Program-made: the position numbers and the translations under genes
Shown: positions 52,715 through 61,932 of the stretch, one piece after another
Position numbering within the stretch: the stretch's first letter is position 1
How the letters are laid out: each line of letters starts with the position of its first letter
Assembly: GCA_963816395.1 (NCBI GenBank)
Contig: CAWFKQ010000016.1
Location: forward strand, 352,001 to 416,000
Source of the DNA: an uncultured delta proteobacterium
Lineage (GTDB): Bacteria; Desulfobacterota; Desulfuromonadia; Desulfuromonadales; JACZKF01
Direction of reading: 5' to 3'
DNA length: 64,000 bases
Notes under the pieces: generated by a model
Seen by the model: only the letters and a program-made list of their open reading frames with translations
What the model was told of the DNA's origin: nothing
Databases searched by the model: none

Positions 52715-55233
52715 TTATCCTATCAGATCTATCTTCCACTGCTCGACCTTATGCCGGTAGGTCTCCACCAGTTTGTCCACCGCTGCGCCGTCCGCCGCTT
52801 CGGCCACGATATGGACCACCGGCCGGTGCTGGTCGGGGAGGATCAGCACCCAGTCCCCGCCCATCTGCACCTTGACGCCGTCGATGAAGGAGGCTTCCTG
52901 ATCGACCGAATCCTCGCTCATCTTGCGCATGATTCCCCCCTTGAGCTCCCAGGAGCAGGGGATCTGCAGATGCCGGTAGGCCAGTCGCGGCATTTCCCGG
53001 CGCAGTCGGCCGAGCGACTCGCCGGTAGCGGGCCAGAAGTTCAAGGGTCTTGGCGACGGTGAACAGGGCGTCGAAATTGGCCTGGAAGGGAGGGAAGGCG
53101 AAACGCCCGTCCATGGCGGCGGCGAACTGGACGTGGCGTTCTTTGGCCGCCTCGACCAGGGAACGGCCGTCGGTCTTGGTGCGTTTCACCGTCAGCCCCG
53201 AGTCGCGGGCCATCTCCTCCACCGCCTGCGGCGCCGGCACCGGCACCACCAGGCTGCCGCGGCGCTCGGCCCGGCAGACCAGGGCGGCCAGGGTGGTCAG
53301 CGCCTCATGGTCGGCCAGGACCTCGCCCGTTTCATCGACCAGGCGGATTTTTTCTCCCGAGGGCCCGAGCCAGAAGCCGGCAGTGGCGCCGAGGGTGACG
53401 ACGATCTGCGAGAGCTGTCCCATGGCGCGCTGGACCTGCTCCGGGGTGGTGCCGGTGCGGCTTTCGCTGACGTGCGAGTTGAGCTCGATGACCTCGCAGC
53501 CGAGTTCGTTGAGCAGGCCGGGCAGGAGATTGCCGGCCGGAGAATGGTTGAGGTCGACCACCACCTTGGGCGCCGCCTTGCGCAGCACCTCGCCGTTCAG
53601 GGCGCGCAGGAAGCCCTCCCGGTAATAATCGTAAATGCGGGGAATTTCGGAAATGCCGCCCGGTTCCGAATAGTGAACCCGGCGGAAATTCTCCTTGTAA
53701 TAGATGCGCTCGATCCCCTTGGTCATGGAGGAGGAGATCTCGTTTCCTTCGCCGTCGAAGAAGATGATCTCGGTGGCCGCCGGGTCTTCCGGCGACTGGC
53801 GGAAATGGACCCCGCCCACCTCGCCGAAGGTGGTCAGCTTGTAGCGCAGCACCGGCAGGGAGACCATCTTGGTGTCGCGCACGTTGACCCCGGCGGAGAG
53901 CAGGCCGCCGACGAAGGAGCGCTTGAGCATGCGCGAGGAGCGGATGGCATCGCGGCCGGCCAGGATGAAGGCGTCCTTGGGCAGGGTCGAGCCGTAGGCG
54001 GCGCCCAGCTTGGCGGAGAATTCGGGGGTCAGTTCGATGTTGGTCAGACCGCGAACCTCCGCCCCCTCGAACAGGCTCTTGCGCCACTTCTCCCCCCAGA
54101 TCAGGTTGGTCGTGACGATGGCGCCGCGCTCGATCACCTTGCGCGGCCAGACCTTGACGTCCTTGCGGATATGGGCCTCGGCGCCGATCCGCGTCTCGTC
54201 GCCGATCACCGCCCCCTCCTCGATCACCACCCCCTGGCCGACCCGGACGCTGTTGCACAGCACCGCCCCGTTGATGCGCGTTCCCTTGTGCAGGTAGACG
54301 TTGTCCCAGAGCACCGCATCCTCCAGTTCCGCGCCTTCCTCGATGATGCAGTTGCGGCCGATGAAGCAGTTCTTCAGGCGCACATTTCCCTGAACGTGGG
54401 TGTTGTCGCCGAGCACCACCATCCCTTCCATGCCGGAGAAGTCGCCGCTGGTCACCAGGGTTTCCTCCCCCAGGAAAATATCCTGGCTCGCCCTTGCCGG
54501 CGGGGCGCTCTTTCTTCAGTACATCCACCCGATGCACGGTAATGTCGCGGCAGGCTTCCAGGTAGGCGTCGGTATTGCCGATATCGGCCCAGTAGCCGGT
54601 CAGGCTGCAGCCGTACAGCGGCATCTCCTTCTCCAGCATCAGGGGGAAGACGTCCTTTGACCAGTCGCGGTTCGCTCCCTCCGGGATGAGCTCCAGCACT
54701 TCCGGTTCGATCACATAGATGCCGGTGTTGATGGTGTCGGAGAAGACTTCCCCCCAGCCCGGTTTTTCCAGGAACTTGGTGATGCGCCCCTTCTTGTCGG
54801 TGATCACCACGCCGAACTGCAGCGGGTCCTTGACCGAGGTCAGGGTGATGGTCGCCAGGGCCTTTTTGCTCTGGTGATAGTTCAAGACCTTGGAGAGATC
54901 GAAATCGGTGAGCAGGTCGCCGCTGATGATCAGGAAACGCTCCTGGAGGTATTTGGCGGCCGCCTTGACGGCGCCGGCGGTGCCGAAATCCTCCAGCGGG
55001 GTGACATAGGTGATGCGCACCCCGAACTCGCTGCCGTCACCGAAGAAATTCTTGATCACCTCCGGCTGGTGATAGAGCAGCAGGACCAGATCGCTGATCC
55101 CATGCTTCTTCAGCAGTTCGATGATGTGCAGCATGATCGGCCGGTTGACCAGGGGGATCATCGGTTTGGGCAGGTTGATGGTCAGGGGATGGATGCGGGT
55201 ACCGAACCCGCCGGCCATGAGAACGGCTTTCAT
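52715..55233 (-). CDS. Sugar-1-phosphate nucleotidyltransferase (mannose-1-P guanylyltransferase-like) + left-handed beta-helix + phosphomutase-like fusion (frameshifts)
   Basis: MAGGFGTR...PKP, EKP, WADIG, hexapeptide repeats, PGM/PMM-like C-terminal half. Confidence 0.88.
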
Positions 55234-55289
55234 GCAATCTCCTTGCGATCAGGAATCAGGTTCCAGGATTCAGGAAAAAGTGACGGTAA

Positions 55290-55724
55290 TCAGAGCTGCG
55301 AGCGTATCAGGCTATACGAGGACTCAGGTCTAGACCTGAAACCTGAAACCTCGACAGCTGATACCTCATTTCTCTTCGCCAGAAGACGCTTGACCTCGCT
55401 TTTCAGCTCCGAAAGATCGGAGCTTTTGACCACATAAGCGTCGGCCAGCCAGGATGAGAAGTCCTCCTTGTAGCAGCTGAAAGCGGTGCAGAGGATGACC
55501 GGCAGACGGCCCTTTTCATGGACGATCTTCTGCAGAATCTGCAGACCGCTCTCCCCCTTCATCTGAATATCCAGGATGACCAGGTCGAATTCGCGCTCCT
55601 GGAGCAGTCGGGCCGCTTCCGTCCCGGTTCCCGCCGTCTCCACCTGATAGCCCTCGTCTTCCAGTTCGGCGGCATAGAGGTGGCGGATATCGCGTTCGTC
55701 GTCGACGACCAGCAGTCGGGTCAT
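55290..55724 (-). CDS. Single-domain response regulator
   Basis: VVDDE, ILDIQM, CTAF, ADAYVVKSSD. Confidence 0.9.
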   Translation of the reverse strand: MTRLLVVDDERDIRHLYAAELEDEGYQVETAGTGTEAARLLQEREFDLVILDIQMKGESGLQILQKIVHEKGRLPVILCTAFSCYKEDFSSWLADAYVVKSSDLSELKSEVKRLLAKRNEVSAVEVSGFRSRPESSYSLIRSQL

Positions 55725-55749
55725 GGGGAGTTCTCCCTTCGGGAATGCA

Positions 55750-55854
55750 TTTAACGCAAAGACGCAAAAGGGAAATGAAAGTCGCAAAGGGAAGCGAAAC
55801 CCTGGTTCAACTAACTTTGCGCCTTTGTTTTGATCTTTGCCTCTTTGCGTTAAA
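55750..55854. repeat. Intergenic hairpin repeat
   Basis: tttaacgcaaagacgcaaaag ... ctttgcctctttgcgttaaa. Confidence 0.75.
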
Positions 55855-55873
55855 TTGCCTTTGTTCTAGTTAT

Positions 55874-57535
55874 TTATTCAGCTGTGACAGGTAATTTCAG
55901 GCGTATGATAAACATCGTCCCCTCCCCCTCGGCGCTCTGAATCTCGAAATCGGCCCCATGCCCTTCCAGGATGCGGGCACACAGGGAAAGGCCGAGGCCG
56001 CTTCCCTTCTCCTTGCTGGAGAAGAAGGGGGTGGTGATCTGCCTGATCATCTCCTGGCTCATCCCCGGGCCGTTATCTGCCAGGACGACCTGCAGGCGAT
56101 CGCCGCAGCGCTCGGTACGCACCTCGATCCGGCCCCCCTCGGGCAGCGCTTCCAGGGAGTTGGTAAGAATACTGCGGATGCAGTACGCCATCTTCTTGTA
56201 GTCGATCCGCACCTGCGGCAGGCCGGGGTCGAGGCGCAGCAGGCAATCGACCTTGGCCATCTCCAGGTCATCGTGCAGGCCGGCGTAGACCCCGGTGATC
56301 AAGCTGTTGACATCCCACAGATCAAGGGTCGGATGCAACGATTCCGAATAATTGAGGACCTCCTGCAGGATATCCTCCAGGTGCCGTGCCTCGCGGACGA
56401 TCGATTCGATGTACTGCCGCTTGCCGTCTTCCGGCGGGGTGCTCTTGATCAGGGTGCGGGCGAAACCGCCGATAATGGTCAGCGGATTGCGGATGGAATG
56501 GGCGATGTTGGAGGTGATGCGCCCCACCAGCGCCATTTTTTCCATCCGCAAAATCAAATCCTGCTGTTGCTTCAGCCGGCGGTTCGCCTCGGTTAGCTTG
56601 AACAGTTCCTCCTGCAGCCGCTCATACAGGGTCGCCCGCTCGATGGCGAAGGAGACCGGCAGGGCGAAGGTCTTCAGAGAGTGCAGGTCGGCGGTGGCGA
56701 TCGGCCGGCCATTGATGAAATTATCGGCGAGCAGCAGGCCGATGCGCCGGTTTTTGCTGATCAGCGGCACCAGGAGCATTTCCCGGACCCCGAGGGCCTC
56801 GACCTGCGCCGCATCGATGTCGGGCTCCCGGAAGAGGTCCTGGACGTGCTGCGAGGTCTGGTCGTTCAGGGCGCGCACGAACAGGTGATCGTCGCGGCTC
56901 AGGGGAACCGAAAGGGTTTCCAGCAGGTCGCGGAATTTCTCCCGTTCGGAAGGCATTTTCTGCTCGAAAAAAAGCTGTGCCAGTTCCCGCAGTGTGAAGT
57001 CGTGTTCCTCGATCTCCCGCCAGATCACCGCCGCTTCCTCCCGGCGGCGCGGACCGACGGCGAAATAGCCCTTCAGATTCTGCCGCTCCTTATCGACCAG
57101 GAGGAGAAAAGCCCGGTTCAGGCCGAAACCCTTGCCGGCGGTGACCGCAGTGAGAGCCATGGCGATCACCTCGTCCATATCGACTGACGTCTGCAGGACC
57201 AGGCTGACTTCGTGGAGAAACTTGATCTCCCGGTTGCGGGATTCGATCTGGTTGGTCAGCGACTGCACCTGGACACGCAGGTCCAGCAGCTCCTCCATCA
57301 GATAGGGGAAGAGATCGGCCAGCCCGTCATACCTCCCCCCCATGACCTGCAGATCTTCGAGGAAACGGGGACAATCGAGGCAACGCCGCAGAAATCGCTG
57401 CTTCTGATTGAACAGGAGGTCTTCTTCCCCCTCGCCGATGTAGGGGCATTCGCCAGGAGAGATGTGGTCCTTGTGCCAGCAGCAGGAAAATTCCACGCAG
57501 ACACCGCACGCAGCCGGATGGCCGGAAAAGGTCAA
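55874..57535 (-). CDS. GAF sensor histidine kinase with a Cys-rich N-terminus (start uncertain)
   Basis: AHSIRNPL H-box, DNGPG, GSGLGL; CCW...CP...CLDCP. Confidence 0.9.
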   Translation of the reverse strand: MTFSGHPAACGVCVEFSCCWHKDHISPGECPYIGEGEEDLLFNQKQRFLRRCLDCPRFLEDLQVMGGRYDGLADLFPYLMEELLDLRVQVQSLTNQIESRNREIKFLHEVSLVLQTSVDMDEVIAMALTAVTAGKGFGLNRAFLLLVDKERQNLKGYFAVGPRRREEAAVIWREIEEHDFTLRELAQLFFEQKMPSEREKFRDLLETLSVPLSRDDHLFVRALNDQTSQHVQDLFREPDIDAAQVEALGVREMLLVPLISKNRRIGLLLADNFINGRPIATADLHSLKTFALPVSFAIERATLYERLQEELFKLTEANRRLKQQQDLILRMEKMALVGRITSNIAHSIRNPLTIIGGFARTLIKSTPPEDGKRQYIESIVREARHLEDILQEVLNYSESLHPTLDLWDVNSLITGVYAGLHDDLEMAKVDCLLRLDPGLPQVRIDYKKMAYCIRSILTNSLEALPEGGRIEVRTERCGDRLQVVLADNGPGMSQEMIRQITTPFFSSKEKGSGLGLSLCARILEGHGADFEIQSAEGEGTMFIIRLKLPVTAE

Positions 57536-57755
57536 CGCAGGAAGTATAGCAGCGCCGACCGGTTAATGCAACGTAGATTCGTTAAAATTAATGAAGATAT
57601 GGCTGAGGAGGAAGGGGCTTCGACGCAAAGGCGCGACGCAGGCAAAAATCCAGGAATATTTGTTTTGATTAAAGTCTCCGCGCCTCTGCGCCTCCGCCTT
57701 AATATGAGGGTTTTCCCCCTTGCCGGGGAGCGGCGACGGATGGCATAGTGCCGCC

Positions 57756-58701
57756 ATGGGCGAAAAACGCTACCAGCTTTTTTCCGAGCATCTGAAGCAG
57801 CGGTTCGGCGGCCGGGTGCACAAGATTTCCGTCGATGCCGGTTTCTCCTGTCCCAACCGGGGCGGCACCCGACGCCTGCCCGGCTGCCTGTTCTGCGACC
57901 CCGGCGGCTCGGGGGCGGTGGGGATCGACCGTGGAATGCCGCTGGCCGATCAGCTCGAACAGGGCAAGGAGGTGATGGTCCGCAAGTACAAGGCCCAGCA
58001 TTTCCTCGCCTATTTTCAGCCCTTCTCGAATACCTTCGGACCCCCTGAACGACCTGCGCCGCCTGTACGGGGAGGCGCTGGCGGTTCCCGGCATGGTCGG
58101 GCTGGCGGTCGGTACCCGCCCCGACTGCCTGCCGCCGGAGGTCCTCGACCTGCTGGCCGAATTTCACCGGCGCACCTATTTCTGGCTGGAACTGGGGCTG
58201 CAGAGCGTGCATGACGCCACCCTGAACTTTCTGCGCCGCGGCCACGATTACGCCGCTTTCCTGCGCGCTCATGCGGCCGCCAGGGAACGCGGTCTGCGGG
58301 TGTGCGCCCACGTGATCCTCGGACTGCCCGGCGAGAGCCGGGAACAGATGCTGGCGACGGCGGCGGAAATGGCCCGCCTGCGGCTGGACGGGATCAAGAT
58401 CCATCTGCTGCACGTGCTGCGCGGCACGCCTCTGGGGGATCTTTATCAGGAGGGGGGAATCCGGGTTCTGGAGCAGGAAGAATACGTCGGGCTCGCCGCC
58501 GACTTCCTCGAGCGCCTGCACCCGGAGACCCTGATCCACCGGCTCACCGGCGACGGGCCGCGGGATTTGCTGCTGGCGCCGCTCTGGTCCTTGAACAAAT
58601 GGGAGGTGCTCAACGCCATCGATGCCGAGCTGGCGCGGCGCGGGACGAGGCAGGGGGATGGGCAAGTGGCAGGCGGCTTGAGGCAAGAGGCTAGCGGCTA
58701 G
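57756..58701 (+). CDS. TIGR01212/YhcC-family radical SAM protein (frameshift near 58045)
   Basis: GFSCPNR...GCLFC, YFQ, GTRPDC, ELGLQS, GIKIHLLH. Confidence 0.9.
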
Positions 58702-58812
58702 CGGGAAGAGGCAAGAGCAAAGGCAGAGGAGATGAGTGAGGAGGCTGAAGGCTGGAGGCTGGAGGTGGAGGTTGAAAGGCTGAGCTGGAGGCTGGAAGCT
58801 GAGGCTGCAGGA
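58675..58812. repeat. Degenerate hexa/heptamer tandem repeat (GAGGCTG)
   Basis: gaggcaa/gaggcta/gaggctg/aaggctg units. Confidence 0.7.
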
Positions 58813-58910
58813 GTGAAGGGGCAGGCGGATGCCATGCAGGCATCGGCAGGGATGCGGGGAGGGCGGGGTCTCGGGCCGCCAGTGGCTGGCGCTGGACGAC
58901 TGCCCTGCCG

Positions 58911-59036
58911 CTAGCCGGCGCTCTGCTCCACCACCGGGACGACGGCGGACTGCGCGGCGTTTTCGGCCCCACCCCAGGAGATGAGCAGAAGAGACGCCCA
59001 GACGATGCCTACAAGTAAGACGATGATCCTGAACAT
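58911..59036 (-). CDS. Possible 41-aa small membrane/exported protein
   Basis: MFRIIVLLVGIVWASLLLISWGG...; no recognisable family. Confidence 0.3.
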   Translation of the reverse strand: MFRIIVLLVGIVWASLLLISWGGAENAAQSAVVPVVEQSAG

Positions 59037-59260
59037 GGGCGGAAAGATATCTAAATCACTGGCCAAAATCAATAAGTCATTTTTCTCTTCGGCCTGACAA
59101 TTTTTGTAACTTGCCGATCTGTCTTCCCCCGTGGTATGAAGCTGCCTGCCCGAAGACAAGGGAGATAGGAAGTAGGGAGATAGGGAGGTAGAAAACCCTG
59201 TCCCGCCACTTGCAAGCGCCTTGTTTCTATTCCCGATCTCCCTATCGAACTGAATTTGCA

Positions 59261-61295
59261 ATGGATCTGACTGCTCTCAACAAGGAACAACAGGCCGCCG
59301 TGCGCCACACCGAGGGGCCGCTGCTGCTGCTGGCCGGCGCCGGCTCCGGCAAGACGCGGGTCATCACCAGCCGCATCGCCTACCTGCTGCGGGAGAAGGG
59401 GGTGCCGCGGAGCAGCTGGTGGCGGTGACCTTCACCAACAAGGCCGCCCGGGAAATGCAGGAGCGGGTGGCAGGAGCTGGTCGGCCGGCGGGCTGCCCGG
59501 GGCATGATCATTTCCACCTTCCACTCGCTGGGGGTGCGCATCCTGCGCGAGGATATCGAGCGGCTCGGCTACAAGAAGAACTTCTCCATCTACGCCACGG
59601 CGGACCAGGTGCGGCTGATCCGCGATCTGGTCCAGGACGCCGCCACCGGCCGCAAGTTCGACGCCGAGCGCCTGCTCTGGCTGATCTCCGCCGCCAAGAA
59701 CGCCCTCATCGGTCCCGAAGCCTTCGTCGCCCGTTCCCGGGACGACTACGAGCTGATGGCGGCGGCCGTCTATCCGCGCTACCAGAAGGCGCTCAAGGCC
59801 TTCAACGCGGTCGATTTCGACGATATCCTGCTGCTCACCATCCGTCTGCTGGAGGGCGCATCCCGAGGTGCTGGCCCGCTATCAGGAGCGCTTCCGCTAC
59901 CTGATGGTGGACGAATACCAGGACACCAACGCCGCCCAGTATCGCCTGCTGCGCCTGCTCAGCGCCCGCCACGGCAATCTCTGCGTGGTCGGCGACGATG
60001 ACCAGTCGATCTACGGCTGGCGCGGCGCCGATGTCGGCAACATCCTCGATTTCGAGAAGGATTTCCCCGGCGCCAAGGTAATCAAGCTGGAGCAGAACTA
60101 CCGCTCCACCGGCAACATCCTGGCGGCCGCCAACGCCGTCATCAGCCACAACCGCCAGCGCAAGGAAAAGGCGCTGTGGACCGCCGGCGGCGCCGGCGCG
60201 CGCATCGATTGCGTGCGCTGCGCCGACGAGGAGGAAGAGGCGCGGATGGTGGTCGAGCGCATTCACGCCGAGCGTTTCAAGCACCAGCTCGAGTACCGCG
60301 ATTTCGCCATTCTCTATCGCACCAACGTCCAGTCGCGCGCCTTCGAGGAGCAGCTGCGCTTCGAGAATATCCCCTACGTACTGATCGGCGGCCAGCAGTT
60401 CTTCGATCGCAAGGAGGTCAAGGACGCCTTGGCCTACCTGCGGGTGCTGGTCAACTCCCGCGACGAGGTGAACCTGCTGCGCATCCTCAACTACCCGAAG
60501 CGCGGCATCGGCGAAACGACCGCCGACCGGCTGATCCGCGCCTCGGCCGGGCAGGACCGGCCTCTGTGGGAGGTGCTGCGCGAGCCGAGCGGGCTGGAGG
60601 ACCTGGGCGAGCGGACGCGGGAGGCGATCGCCGGTTTCGTCGCCCTGCTGGAGAAGTATCGCCAGCGTTTCCGGCGGCTGCGATTGAGCGAGACGGTCCG
60701 GGAATTCTTTGCCGAACTGGCGCTGGAGGAGGAACTCTATCGCGCGGCCGATGACCCGAAAAAGGCCAAGCGGCGGGTGGAGAATCTGGCGGAAGTGATC
60801 AACGCCATGGCTTCCTACGAGGAACGCGAGGCGCGCCCGAGCCTCGGCGGTTTTCTGGAGAAGGTCTCCCTGCTCGACCAGGATCAGCCGGGGCGCGGCG
60901 GCAAGGAGGAGAAGCTGGCGCGCGATGCGGTCATCCTGATGAGCCTGCACTCCAGCAAGGGGCTGGAATTCCCCCACGTCTTCCTGGTCGGGATGGAGGA
61001 GGATTATCTGCCGCACCGCAAGTCGGAGAGCGAGATCGGCGATGTCGACGAAGAGCGCCGGCTCTGCTATGTCGGGATCACCCGCGCCCGCCGGCACCTG
61101 ACCCTGCTCAACGCCGCCCGGCGGAAGAAATACGGCACCCTGCAGCCGCGCGAGCCGAGCCGCTTCCTCCAGGAGATCCCCGGCGAGCTGCTGCACGCGC
61201 AGACCGCCGGCGGCCCGCCGGCCGCCGAAGGGGAACAGCAGGAGCAGCTTGCCACCTCTTTCTTCTCCGGCATCAAGGCGTTGCTGAAGGATTAA
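59261..61295 (+). CDS. UvrD/Rep/PcrA-family DNA helicase (frameshifts)
   Basis: [59 protein letters not shown]. Confidence 0.95.
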
Positions 61296-61456
61296 CCCAC
61301 CGACGGGAAGCCTTTCGTCCTTTCGCGGCCCTCCACTGTCTTTTCACGGAAACCGGAACCCTGAAGCCGAGGGCTCCCTTGCTCCTCCCTCCCAGAGTAT
61401 CCAGACTTCCCAGCGATTTCTGAAGCTTGCCAGCGGCAAGAGGTCGCATCGGCAAA

Positions 61457-61473
61457 TTGGCCCGATGCATGCT
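61457..61473 (+). promoter_or_regulatory. Possible sigma-54 promoter upstream of the OmcA/MtrC-like gene
   Basis: TTGGCCCGATGCATGCT (GG-N10-GC). Confidence 0.45.
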
Positions 61474-61932
61474 TATAGAGGGCATAGTGAAAACTGCCAC
61501 CGTTCAATCGGTCGGCGGTTTCTTTTTCCTTTAAATACTTTAATAAAAAACTGTTCGATTTTATCCCTACATTGGCGAGAATTTATTGACACTTCGTATT
61601 TTCATGCGGTATGTTTCCAGTTGTAAAACATATAATTATACATTTCTAATGTCAATTTAAAGCTGTTTTAAAGAGAATCTATATCAAATGAGATCTTGAA
61701 CAGGATTCAACTCGCACTTCACCTTCCCATCGTGAAAAAAAGAAAGTGGGAATGACCAGATTTCGGTTTCGGCTGCCGATGTTGAAACGAAGACCAAGTA
61801 AACGGAGGGAAGAAAAATCGGGAGGGATTAGAAGCGATCGGAATCATCTGTGAACGGAATAGGAGCAATTTACTGATTTAATGCCATCCGTGGTGGATGG
61901 CGCAATCACACCGAGAAAGAGGAGTAAAAAGG

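Noticed and set aside
58675..58812. Repeat arrays here and at 37268 as a possible CRISPR
   Set aside because: Short degenerate units, no constant repeat with unique spacers, no cas genes.
61500..61932. GEMM (c-di-GMP/cGAMP) riboswitch upstream of the cytochrome
   Set aside because: Expected in this lineage, but I could not find the two-hairpin consensus by eye; an Infernal scan would settle it.
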